Shown piece by piece: positions 16,688 through 25,617 of a stretch of DNA of 53,184 nt. A program made the position numbers and the translations under genes. Numbering within the stretch: the first letter of the stretch is position 1; each line of letters begins with the position of its first letter. The DNA is taken from positions 1 through 53,184 of the forward strand of contig JBBTWV010000012.1 of assembly GCA_038062615.1 (NCBI GenBank). Reading direction: 5' to 3'. The notes under the pieces were generated by a model. The model was not told the origin of the DNA, searched no databases, and saw only the letters and a list, made by a program, of their open reading frames with translations. The stretch comes from Patescibacteria group bacterium. Lineage in GTDB: Bacteria > Patescibacteriota > Gracilibacteria > UBA1369 > UM-FILTER-53-11.

Positions 16688-17976
16688 ATGAATTCGCAAA
16701 AGTTCCAGCAGATCAAAGTCGTGATTTTAGGAGGAGGATTTGCCGGCATTGCCGCCACTCTTTCTCTGTACAAAGAGCTCCAATGCCGCAAAGACGTCTC
16801 AATACAGCTTATTGATGAGCGAAATGTGCACATTTACACGCCGGACCTTTATGAAATTTCGACGACTTTCAATGAAAAAATCACCGCGGAATGTCTCACG
16901 CAGTTGAAAGACACGGTCGCCATCCCCTTCTCTAAAATTATCCGCGATCGCCAGATTGATTTTCTCCGCGATCGTGTCATCAGAATAAATCCCAAAAATA
17001 AAACGGTAGAGCTCAAAAATGCCGGCAGTATTCCTTTTGATTATTTGATTATTACACTGGGAAGTGTGGTGAATTATTATGATATTCCCGGCCTGCGCGA
17101 GAGATCATATCCGCTTAAAACGCTTACCGACGCGCTTGCCATCAACTGTCACTTGGATGTTTTTTTTCAATCTCAATGGAGAAAGAAGGAACAAAAGCCG
17201 GTGTCAATTCTTGTTGGAGGTGGCGGAGCGACGGGAACAGAATTTGCCTGTGAACTGAGCGGAGATATAAACCAACTCTGCAAAAAATACCATTACCCAC
17301 GCAATCTCGTTGGAATTACCATAATCGAAGCGGAAAAACGACTTGCGGGACAAGATGAAAAAACTACGGGTATTGTTCTCAAGAGGTTAATGCAGCGCGG
17401 AATTCAGACGCATTTAGAGACCTTTATTCGGGAAGTTACAGAGAAAAACGTAATAACAGAGACGACGAGGGGGAAAAAAGGATCCATGCCCATGGACATT
17501 CTCATTTGGACGGGTGGCGTACAGCCAAGTCCCATTATAAAAGAAAGTTTCATTCAAGTTACCAAAAATGGCGCTTTACCGGTAAATAATTTTCTGCAGT
17601 ACCGCGACTATCCTTCTATTTTTGCGGCCGGAGATAACGCTACTTTTATTGACAGCGTAAGCCAAAAAGCAGCCCCCATGCTGGCGCAAGTAGCGGCGGC
17701 GCAAGGAAAAGTGTTAGGGGAAATGTGGCGGCAGAGATTCAAAAAAAAGCAAAAAAAGAATACGAGCTCAAACTCAAAGGCATTATTATTCCACTCGGGG
17801 GCAAGTACGCGATTTTAAAAATTGGACAGGGCAAAAATGGACTGGTTCTTAAAGGTTTTCTGATGTGGGTTCTACGACGATTTGTAGACTTAGGATATGC
17901 ACTGAGCATTCTCCCTTTTCGTTATGCTCTCAAGAAATGGATTCATGATACGCATATTTTTGTACGCAATGATTAA
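16688..17976 (+). pseudogene. ndh: Type II NADH dehydrogenase-like FAD oxidoreductase with its frame broken (-1) near 17720
   Basis: GGGFAG and GGGATG dinucleotide folds, and AAGDNA. Frame 1 stays family-like up to AQVAAAQGKVLGE. The conserved C-terminus (NVAAEI...IIPLGGKYAILKIG...LMWVLRRFVDLGY) continues in ORF 17725-17976. Confidence 0.65.
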
Positions 17977-18826
17977 GTCTCTTCCCAAAATAGGTGGACA
18001 CGTTTCTGCAGCAGGAGGCTTGGTGAATGCCATAAAAAATGCCCAGCGAATTGGCGCGCTGTGCATACAAATTTTTGGCGCCTCACCACGGCAGTGGTTG
18101 GCAAAAATGCCCCTTGAGGCAGATATTGCTACCTACCAAAAAGCGCTTCACGAAAGCAAAATCGGCCCGGTATTTTTACACGCCGCGTACTTGGTAAATC
18201 TTGGAAGTCCCTCTCCTGATCAACAAAAAAAGGCGATTCAGTCCCTTACGGAGCATTTGCAAATTGTAGAAAAAATCGGGGCGCAAGGACTCATTTTTCA
18301 TCTTGGTTCTTATAATGGAACGACCCGGGAGCTGGCTCTTGAACAAACAGTCATGGGCATGCAACAAGTTCTAAAAAATGTACCAGGCGTAGCGCAACTC
18401 GTCATGGAAAATTCCGCAGGAGGAGGACAAAAATTAGGCTATGAAGCCAAAGAAGTCGGTGAACTTTTTGAACGAGTAAAATCTCCTCGTGTGAAGGTAT
18501 GCATTGATACCGCGCACGCTTTTGAAGCCGGAATTATTGAGTCGTATACGGCTGCCAATATCCAAAAGTTTGTGGATGAGTGGGACGCGGCGGTGGGAAT
18601 AAAAAATGTTGTGGCGCTCCATGTGAATGACTCCAAATCAGGACCAAGCTCGCATCATGATAGGCATGAGAACTTGGGAGAAGGATATATTGGCCTCTCG
18701 GGTTTTAGGCATCTAGCAGGGGAAAAACGACTCCACGACAAAGCTTGGATTTTGGAGGTTCCCGGCTTTGACGAAAACGGACCGGACGCGCGAAATATAG
18801 AAATTTTAAAATCGTGTTTTGAGTAG
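17969..18826 (+). CDS. nfo: Endonuclease IV (AP endonuclease family 2)
   Basis: KIGGHVSAAGG, IFHLGSY, ALHVNDSK, HDRHENLGEGYIG. Confidence 0.85.
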   Translation: MIKSLPKIGGHVSAAGGLVNAIKNAQRIGALCIQIFGASPRQWLAKMPLEADIATYQKALHESKIGPVFLHAAYLVNLGSPSPDQQKKAIQSLTEHLQIVEKIGAQGLIFHLGSYNGTTRELALEQTVMGMQQVLKNVPGVAQLVMENSAGGGQKLGYEAKEVGELFERVKSPRVKVCIDTAHAFEAGIIESYTAANIQKFVDEWDAAVGIKNVVALHVNDSKSGPSSHHDRHENLGEGYIGLSGFRHLAGEKRLHDKAWILEVPGFDENGPDARNIEILKSCFE

Positions 18827-18845
18827 AATTTTGGGTTTCTTACGC

Positions 18846-18851
18846 TATAAT
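18846..18851 (+). promoter_or_regulatory. -10 box (TATAAT) for tRNA-Leu(GAG)
   Basis: GCTATAAT lies 13 nt upstream of the tRNA 5' end. Confidence 0.45.
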
Positions 18852-18864
18852 GGGCAGGCTACGA

Positions 18865-18951
18865 GCGCGGGTGGCGAAACTGGCAGACGCACTACCTTGA
18901 GGTGGTAGCGCCCGCAAGGGCATGGAGGTTCAAATCCTCTCCCGCGCACCA
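18865..18951 (+). tRNA. tRNA-Leu (anticodon GAG), long variable arm, CCA encoded
   Basis: Acceptor GCGCGGG/CCCGCGC, anticodon stem CTACC/GGTAG with loop TTGAGGT, variable arm GCCC-GCAA-GGGC, T loop TTCAAAT. Confidence 0.9.
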
Positions 18952-19001
18952 TAGAAAACGAACGAGTCCTGAGGCAAGCGATAAGCGCAATGTTATTCGT
19001 T

Positions 19002-19018
19002 TAAGTGTTGAACACTTA
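19002..19018. promoter_or_regulatory. Perfect 8-1-8 palindrome TAAGTGTTgAACACTTA (possible operator)
   Basis: Read directly from the sequence. It lies about 55 nt upstream of the -10 box of the LamG-like gene. Confidence 0.3.
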
Positions 19019-19072
19019 CAGCGAATGCCTTATTTTAGGCCGCTTCTCGGGTTTGCGGTAAATAGCTAAATA

Positions 19073-19081
19073 TGTTACAAT
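19073..19081 (+). promoter_or_regulatory. Extended -10 (TGtTACAAT), 6 nt before the ATG (leaderless configuration)
   Basis: TGTTACAAT-ATACAA-ATG(19088). Confidence 0.5.
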
Positions 19082-19087
19082 ATACAA

Positions 19088-20269
19088 ATGAACAAAAAAA
19101 TAATCATATCGCTCGGCCTCATCATCATTCTTTTTGGAGCTGCTTGGTTTGCCGACCCGCAATTTCTTGAAGGTTCACTCAAAAAAATGACAAACACAAA
19201 AAACAAAACAGAAAAAATTAAAAGGACAAATCAAATCGGAACTTCTACCGCAACAGCCAAACTCACTCCAACCGCCACCAAAAATAACGGGATCGGAAAA
19301 GCAGCCTTGCCAGTAAGCGCTTCATCTACAGGAACACAAGTAATTACGGATGATTCGCAAAGCACGCCAAACAGACTATTGGCAATTGAAGAAGAATTAA
19401 AAAAAGTCTCAATCAAGCTGGATGACGCTCTCCTTGCCATAAAAAATATTCCGGCACCAGTAACTCAGTATATTTATCACGAAATTCCAGTTCCCTCTGC
19501 AAATCCACCGCCGCCGCTGTCAGAAGTGAATACCCCAGAAAACCTTCCTGCAGTTCAGCCGGCGGTTACGCCAGAAACAGTACAAAATACTCCAGCAGGG
19601 CAGACTATTAAACCCAACGCTCATTGGAATTTTGAGGAGGACCAGTGGGAAATAGCTCCCGATGTATCGGGAAATGGAAACTCAGCAAGAATTTTTGGTG
19701 AACCCGCCATAACGGCAGGCGGCAAAATAGGCAAAACCATAACATTGGATGGTGATAATGATTACCTTGAGATACCGCTCACCGATACATTTTCCTTCAA
19801 TGAAAACGCCTACACTTTTGAGGCATGGATCAACACTCAAGAAAAAGCACAAAACCAGTGTCTCTTTTCTATTGGCCCATCTCTCATAAGCCCCGAAAAT
19901 GCAGACACTCTTTCTATCTGCATACGAGAGAATGCCAATCTTCTCATGACCATGATAGGAAATGCAGATCCATTCTTTCTTTTCACCAATAACATCGGAA
20001 ACATAACCGGTTCATGGCATCATCTCGCCGTGGTGTATGATTCTCAAAAAGTGTTGGTGTATTTGGACGGCACACCCGTCATTGCCAAACCTGCTACAGG
20101 CAATATGACCGTTGATCCCATGAACATGATGCTACGAATCGGGAATAGTAAAACGACAGGAGCTTCCATGCTATCGTCCTATTTCAAGGGCACGGTGGAT
20201 GAAGTAAAAGTTTTTAACAAAGCCCTTTCTCCCACCGAAATAATTCAAGAATATAACACCGCTACGTAA
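19088..20269 (+). CDS. Secreted LamG/concanavalin-A-like lectin domain protein
   Basis: N-terminal anchor IIISLGLIIILFGAAWF. C-terminal LDGDNDYLEIP, FTFEAWIN, GSWHHLAVVYD, VYLDG and FKGTVDEVKVFNKALS are typical of Laminin_G_3. Confidence 0.6.
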   Translation: MNKKIIISLGLIIILFGAAWFADPQFLEGSLKKMTNTKNKTEKIKRTNQIGTSTATAKLTPTATKNNGIGKAALPVSASSTGTQVITDDSQSTPNRLLAIEEELKKVSIKLDDALLAIKNIPAPVTQYIYHEIPVPSANPPPPLSEVNTPENLPAVQPAVTPETVQNTPAGQTIKPNAHWNFEEDQWEIAPDVSGNGNSARIFGEPAITAGGKIGKTITLDGDNDYLEIPLTDTFSFNENAYTFEAWINTQEKAQNQCLFSIGPSLISPENADTLSICIRENANLLMTMIGNADPFFLFTNNIGNITGSWHHLAVVYDSQKVLVYLDGTPVIAKPATGNMTVDPMNMMLRIGNSKTTGASMLSSYFKGTVDEVKVFNKALSPTEIIQEYNTAT

Positions 20270-20276
20270 GAGAAAA

Positions 20277-21530
20277 TCAAATCCCCGGCACCGGAAACTT
20301 CAGGCAGAAATTTTTAACCTCTTCATGTAACGTCGCGCGCAAGGCTGCGTCCTTTGGATTTTTCAAAACCTGAATCATCCAATCTGCCACCTGCTCCATT
20401 TCTTTCTCCTTCATACCGCGCGTAGTGGCGGATGGGGACCCCAAGCGAATACCGCTTGGCCGTAGCGGTGGATTGGGATCATCCGGGATCACCTGCTTGT
20501 TTACATTAATCTCAATTTCATCCAAAAGTTTTTCCGCTTCCTTGCCATCCAAACCAAAACTCGAAATCGTGTTACCCACAGACATGTGGTTAGAAGTCCC
20601 ACCAGTGATGAGTTGCATGCCGCCCTTCATAAGTCGCTCCGCTAATGCAGAAGAATTCTTCAAAACCTGTTTGGCATACTCCTTAAACTCAGGACGCAAC
20701 GCTTCCCCAAGCGCCACGGCAATTCCCGCGATGGTGTTCATGTGAGGTCCGCCCTGCAAACCAGGAAAAACCGATTTATCAATCGCCTCCGCAAACTTTT
20801 TGGTGCAGAGAATAAGCCCACCGCGCGGCCCACGCAGAGTTTTATGCGTGGTGGTCGTCACAATATCAAACCCATGATCAAAAGGATTGGCCATTACACC
20901 GCCGGCAATAAGCCCGCCAATATGCGAGACATCAGCCATCGTGATGGCACCTACTTCATCGGCGATCTTTTTAAAATCATCATAATTATAATCGCGCGGG
21001 TAGCTGGTATAGCCGCAAAGAACAATTTTTGGCTTACACTCAAGCGCCATTCTTCTCACCTCTGCAAAATCAATAGCGCCGCCGCGGGTGGGGTCCGTTT
21101 TGTATCGCACAAAGTTAAAAATCTTCCCCATGTGTGAAACCGGATGCCCATGAGTGAGATGCCCACCATGGCTCAAGTCCATGGCCAAAACCGTATCGCC
21201 AGGTTTTAAGAATGCAAAATAAACTGCCTGGTTCATGGGTGAGCCCGAAAGCGCCTGCACATTGGCATGCTCCGCCTTGAACAACTTTTTTGCACGCTCT
21301 ATGGCAACCGTCTCTACCTGATCAGTAAAAGTCTGTCCACCATAATAGCGTTTTCCCGGGTATCCTTCTGAATATTTATTCGTAAAAACCGACCCCATCG
21401 CCTCTAAAACGGGTGCACTTACATAATTTTCCGACGGAATGAGTTCAAGACCTTCGCACTGGCGTTTTTTTTCGCCTTCAATCATTTTAAAAACTTCCGG
21501 GTCACCATGCATAAGAGCAGAATGCGACAT
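20277..21530 (-). CDS. glyA: Serine hydroxymethyltransferase
   Basis: SENYVS, GYPGKRYYGG, HLTHGH, TTTTHKTLRGPRGG. Confidence 0.95.
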   Translation of the reverse strand: MSHSALMHGDPEVFKMIEGEKKRQCEGLELIPSENYVSAPVLEAMGSVFTNKYSEGYPGKRYYGGQTFTDQVETVAIERAKKLFKAEHANVQALSGSPMNQAVYFAFLKPGDTVLAMDLSHGGHLTHGHPVSHMGKIFNFVRYKTDPTRGGAIDFAEVRRMALECKPKIVLCGYTSYPRDYNYDDFKKIADEVGAITMADVSHIGGLIAGGVMANPFDHGFDIVTTTTHKTLRGPRGGLILCTKKFAEAIDKSVFPGLQGGPHMNTIAGIAVALGEALRPEFKEYAKQVLKNSSALAERLMKGGMQLITGGTSNHMSVGNTISSFGLDGKEAEKLLDEIEINVNKQVIPDDPNPPLRPSGIRLGSPSATTRGMKEKEMEQVADWMIQVLKNPKDAALRATLHEEVKNFCLKFPVPGI

Positions 21531-21550
21531 AACGAAATGAGGGTGAGGAA

Positions 21551-21722
21551 TTAAGAACTTATCCGCAAATAGGGTTTCGCGACGAAAATTGCAAAATTCG
21601 AGCGAAAAGCATGAACGACCGACGCAGCCGTATCAGGTACCGATACGGCAAGGAGGTCTGAATGCTTTGGAGCCGAATTTTGCAATTTGCAGTAGAAAGC
21701 ATATTTGCGGATAAGTTCTAAA
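21551..21722. repeat. Long-hairpin (LH) element, copy 2
   Basis: Outer arms AGAACTTATCCGCAAATA (21554-21571) and its reverse complement (21702-21719). A 15-bp inner pair AAATTGCAAAATTCG. Apex CCGTATC-AGGTACC-GATACGG. It fills the MTHFS-glyA intergenic gap. Confidence 0.8.
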
Positions 21723-22320
21723 GTTTTCCGCCTGGAGCTAAGGTTTTTGACGATGTTGGTGAATGAAATTCTCGGCATGAGATGAGTCGCTTTTCGGTGA
21801 CGATAAAATCAACGGGCACATCATAAGAGTGCGTTGGCACTTTATCAATCATTTGAAGTTCATACGCCAGGCCGATCGTGGTGCAATGCAACTTCTTTAA
21901 AAAACGATCAAAATAGCCGCCGCCAAAGCCAATCCGGTGACCGGTTTCATCAAAAGCCACTCCAGGAATAATGGCCACATCAATGGAATCCCACTCAGAT
22001 TTTGGCAGACAGTGAACCGGTTCACGAATACCATAAATACCACTTGCCAACTCTTGCGCCGAAGTCAGTTGATACAAACAAATCGCTTCCGATTCAATTT
22101 TTGGCACCACGACGACTTTTTTTCCTAAAAATTGTGCCAACAACAAGTCTGTAGAAACCTCACCTTTGTGCGATAGATAAGTAAAAAACTCACGCGCCCC
22201 CTCAAACGCCGGCATCACCGCAAGCCGCTCAAAAATAGCCTGATCCTTCTGCTTTTTTTCTTCTGGAGTTTGGCCTTCGCGCAAAGCCAACACCGTGCGG
22301 CGAATATCTTCTTTTGTCAC
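21718..22320 (-). CDS. 5-formyltetrahydrofolate cyclo-ligase
   Basis: About 200 aa. KEDIRR..L....EEK....I..RL, VVVPKI, IPGVAFDETGHRIGFGGGYFDRFL. GTG start. The stop lies inside the LH arm. Confidence 0.8.
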   Translation of the reverse strand: MTKEDIRRTVLALREGQTPEEKKQKDQAIFERLAVMPAFEGAREFFTYLSHKGEVSTDLLLAQFLGKKVVVVPKIESEAICLYQLTSAQELASGIYGIREPVHCLPKSEWDSIDVAIIPGVAFDETGHRIGFGGGYFDRFLKKLHCTTIGLAYELQMIDKVPTHSYDVPVDFIVTEKRLISCREFHSPTSSKTLAPGGKL

Positions 22321-22326
22321 GACAAA

Positions 22327-22332
22327 ATTGTA
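22327..22332 (-). promoter_or_regulatory. Extended -10 (TGcTACAAT), 6 nt before the GTG start of the cyclo-ligase gene
   Basis: Minus strand: TGCTACAAT-TTTGTC-GTG. Confidence 0.4.
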
Positions 22333-22336
22333 GCAC

Positions 22337-22420
22337 AGGCCGAGCTAAGGCGAGATGCCGCTGTGAAGCACGCGCGGCCCGAGCCGTGGCGAGGCTAATA
22401 AATAAGTTGTCCGAAGGACA
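22337..22420 (-). repeat. GCR element(s), reverse orientation, intergenic
   Basis: The minus strand reads TGTCC-TTCG-GGACA hairpin, then ACTTATTTATT spacer, then AGCCTCGCCACGGCTCGGGCC, then a second partial core CGCCTTAGCTCGGCCT. Confidence 0.7.
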
Positions 22421-22508
22421 CATTATGAAAAGGCCTGTCCTTAGACTTGAAAATTCTCATTACTGGGGTAAAATAAGCAACGCCTTATTTTGTTAACCAG
22501 CCATCTTT

Positions 22509-23801
22509 ATGCAGGAAAAAGAATCGCTTAATATAAAGGTTATTGTTCCCATTGCCTTGATTTCACTTTTGGCCGGAGCCCTTGGCGGAGCCGCCACCGT
22601 AAAATTCCAAAAAAATGGAAATGATATTTTAGGGAACAACCCAACGCAAATTGTTGAAGAGCGCCATTACGTTGAGGAATCAGAAACCATCAATGCCATA
22701 CAAAAAGTAGCACCGACAGTAATAAGCATTGTGGCCACCAAAGATTTGCAGACCTTCCGCCAGCAGCCTTTTAATCCTTTTTTGAATGATCCTTTCTTCC
22801 GTGATTTTTTGATGCCGATGCCTCAGCCAAAACAAGAGCAAGAGCAGCAAGCACCACCAACCCAGCGTCAAAAAGTGGCTGGCGGAACCGGATTTTTAGT
22901 GAAATCCGACGGCCTCGCCGTAACCAATAAGCATGTGGTGGCGGATACCGATGCCGATTACACCGCTGTTACCAAAGAAGGTAAAGAGTATGATGTTGAG
23001 ATCATAAGCCGTGACCCGGTGAACGATTTGGCAGTAGTTCAACTGCACGAAAAAGTAGAAGAAAAAGCCGGACGTAAAACGGGTGAGAAAAAAGATTTTG
23101 GCCCAAAGCTCAAAGATATGCCGGTGGTTGAACTTGGTGACTCTACAAAACTCCAAGTGGGACAAAAAGTTTTTGCGATTGGGAACGCCCGCGGCGAGTA
23201 CGAAAACAGCGTAACGGCAGGAATTATTTCCGCCATTGGTCGAGAAATTCACGCTTCAGATCAAGGCGGCACATCAGCCGAAACCCTCTCAGGCCTTATA
23301 CAAACAGACGCGGCTATTAACTTTGGAAACTCCGGCGGTCCGCTTATCAATCTTGGTGGCGAAGTTATTGGAATCAATACGGCAATAGACACCGAGGCAA
23401 CCGGCATTGGTTTTGCCATTCCAGCAAATCAAATGAAACCGGCGCTTGCGAGTGTGGAAAAATTTGGACGCATTGTGCGACCAGTTTTGGGCGTAACCCA
23501 TACCATTCTTAATAAAGATAAGGCGCAGGAGCTGAAATTGGATAGCCTGGAATACGGCGCCCTCATTACCGGCGACCGCGCCAAAAAAGAATTTGGCGTC
23601 TTGCCAGGTAGCCCGGCCGAAAAAGCCGGTCTCAAACTGGATGATGTGATTTTGGAGGTGGACGGAGAAAAGGTTACCGAAAAGAATACCTTGCAAAGCA
23701 TGATCCAAAAGCATGCTCCAGGCGATAAGCTCAAGTTAAAAGTCTGGCGCGCGGGAACCACTTTTGAAGTTACGGTGACGCTGGATGAGAAAAAGGAATA
23801 G
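22509..23801 (+). CDS. htrA: HtrA/DegP-family serine protease with PDZ domain
   Basis: N-terminal anchor, TNKHVV, NDLAVV, GNSGGPLINLGGEVIGINTA, PDZ LPGSPAEKAGLKLDDVILEVDGEKV. Confidence 0.85.
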   Translation: MQEKESLNIKVIVPIALISLLAGALGGAATVKFQKNGNDILGNNPTQIVEERHYVEESETINAIQKVAPTVISIVATKDLQTFRQQPFNPFLNDPFFRDFLMPMPQPKQEQEQQAPPTQRQKVAGGTGFLVKSDGLAVTNKHVVADTDADYTAVTKEGKEYDVEIISRDPVNDLAVVQLHEKVEEKAGRKTGEKKDFGPKLKDMPVVELGDSTKLQVGQKVFAIGNARGEYENSVTAGIISAIGREIHASDQGGTSAETLSGLIQTDAAINFGNSGGPLINLGGEVIGINTAIDTEATGIGFAIPANQMKPALASVEKFGRIVRPVLGVTHTILNKDKAQELKLDSLEYGALITGDRAKKEFGVLPGSPAEKAGLKLDDVILEVDGEKVTEKNTLQSMIQKHAPGDKLKLKVWRAGTTFEVTVTLDEKKE

Positions 23802-23804
23802 GAC

Positions 23805-23880
23805 TGTCATTGCGAGCAAAAGCGAGGCAATCTACAAGATTGGGGCTAGATTGCTTCGGCCTTATGGCCTCGCAATGACA
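23805..23880. repeat. Inverted pair of LAMT hairpin elements (copies A and B)
   Basis: TGTCATTGCGAG..GAGGCAATCT (23805-23833) faces AGATTGCTTCGG..CTCGCAATGACA (23848-23880). The outer arms are 12 bp. It starts 4 nt after the htrA stop. Confidence 0.8.
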
Positions 23881-23938
23881 TACAGCTTGACTAATTTACA
23901 TTTTTCGGTTAAATTGCTTCCCTTTAATGTGTTAACAG

Positions 23939-25609
23939 ATGGGAAGACTTCTTGATAACCTAGGAAGAATTTCGGCTCCAAAACGCAATAATAATGGTTG
24001 GGTGGGCCGCCACCAACCAGAAACTGGCTGGATTGCCCAAGCTGTAGCAGGTGCAGTTGCCTTAGTAGGAGGAAGCGGAGCTTTTTTAGCAGGAGAGAGC
24101 AGCGCTGATGCTTCAGCGGCTTACGCGAAAGCGGAAGCCGCTGAAACGACCACACTAGAAGCCTTAGACCTCACCGTTAAAGCAAAAGTAGAAGGCGGCG
24201 TTTTGGTTGTTTTGATTGATTATGGCGGATTTATGGGCGGAACCAAAATGAGAAAAACCATTCCGCTCAATGGAATTCCTCAAGAAGTAGTGGCGCAACT
24301 GGAAAATAATGGCGAATTTAAACTGCGAGTCGTAGGAGAAAATCATGACGGAGTTTTTAAAGGAAGAGTAGAAACAGATGCGTCAGCTGAATTTGAGGTT
24401 TCAGGAGACATTCTCGCTTTGTTAAAAGCACAGTTATCGTCTTGGCGCATAGAAGGTGGAGCGTTACGCCCACTGGTAAGAGATGCGGTTAAAGTTTCAC
24501 CGGCAACCGCCGCTGCTCCACCACCTCCGCCACCAGGCCCGCCAGAAGGCCTGGTAAAACCATACGACCCAAGAACATTTTTTGTAAGTCCAGAAACCGA
24601 AAGCGCTTCCATGGGGCCAGATCAGCCCAGAGGCTTTGATATTGAACAAGAGAAACCTTTTTCGTTCTATGTAACCGGCGACCCCAACCACAAGACAGAG
24701 ATCAATTTTGAGCTTTACCCTTGGGTACCGGTGAAAGCCAGCGAACGCGCCAAGTATGGTCCTTTAGAAGTTCAAGTTTTTATTGACGGTGTTCATCAAG
24801 AACTTCCGCCGCAAGATCTTCCAAAAGGAAAAATCCTGAAAAGTTCGCGATATGAAGATATGGCTCTTTGGGATGAGCCTATCCTTATTCCCGCTATGAC
24901 GTTTGGCCCAGGAACTCATGAAGTAACATTTTTAATAAAACCTTTTTCGGTTCGCGCCGTCTTACGAGGTGCGACGCCAACAAGCACTCCCAAGTCTCTG
25001 CCGGCACTTGAGATTCCCTTTGAAGATGATTCAAATTTTCCGCCAGAATTTAGTTTCCACGGGGAAATCACAGGGCTTGGCACCGGCGATTATAAACTCA
25101 AGGCGATAACCGGAAGTCCGGTACTGCTCAATTTGGGAGCGGAAACCAAGGGTATGAAAGTTGAAGTTCTCCGAATCCCAGAAGATTCGCGAGTAAGGAT
25201 CAAGCTGACAAAAGGAACCTCAGGAAGTTCTGACTATTTTGAGTATGAGAGCGACCCCATTGAACCAGGGACGGCTTACGATATTGCTTTTAGACGCATG
25301 AGCCCACCGGCAAGATCCACGGATAGGAGCGGGCCTGATGCCATGCCGATTTATTTTAATGTTACAGGTGATAATACCACAGGCTATAATGCCACCATTG
25401 ATGACGACGTCCATGGCCTTAGAACTCCGCCGGACTTGAACTGCGAAGTCACCAATGTCAAAAATCCTCGCAACAATAAAGTCGTACGAGCGTTGGCTTG
25501 GTGTTGGGAAAAAACCGCCAATGGCGTGCGCGCATTACGAACAACCTTGGATGCCGGACGGCCAGCAGGTGTCCCAAAGCGATCACGCCACCGGCTTGAG
25601 GAATATTAG
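23939..25609 (+). CDS. Membrane-anchored hypothetical protein (556 aa) with poly-Pro linker
   Basis: Anchor IAQAVAGAVALVGGSGAFLAG. Linker AAAPPPPPPGPPEG. I recognise no motif. Confidence 0.55.
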   Translation: MGRLLDNLGRISAPKRNNNGWVGRHQPETGWIAQAVAGAVALVGGSGAFLAGESSADASAAYAKAEAAETTTLEALDLTVKAKVEGGVLVVLIDYGGFMGGTKMRKTIPLNGIPQEVVAQLENNGEFKLRVVGENHDGVFKGRVETDASAEFEVSGDILALLKAQLSSWRIEGGALRPLVRDAVKVSPATAAAPPPPPPGPPEGLVKPYDPRTFFVSPETESASMGPDQPRGFDIEQEKPFSFYVTGDPNHKTEINFELYPWVPVKASERAKYGPLEVQVFIDGVHQELPPQDLPKGKILKSSRYEDMALWDEPILIPAMTFGPGTHEVTFLIKPFSVRAVLRGATPTSTPKSLPALEIPFEDDSNFPPEFSFHGEITGLGTGDYKLKAITGSPVLLNLGAETKGMKVEVLRIPEDSRVRIKLTKGTSGSSDYFEYESDPIEPGTAYDIAFRRMSPPARSTDRSGPDAMPIYFNVTGDNTTGYNATIDDDVHGLRTPPDLNCEVTNVKNPRNNKVVRALAWCWEKTANGVRALRTTLDAGRPAGVPKRSRHRLEEY

Positions 25610-25617
25610 AAACAGGG

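Noticed and set aside
22321-22508. Possible ZTP (pfl) or THF riboswitch upstream of the folate genes (cyclo-ligase, glyA, folD).
   Set aside because: I found no GGGTCGTGAC..CCGCCTGGGCA-type pseudoknot motifs. The GC-rich sequence here is explained by GCR repeat copies.
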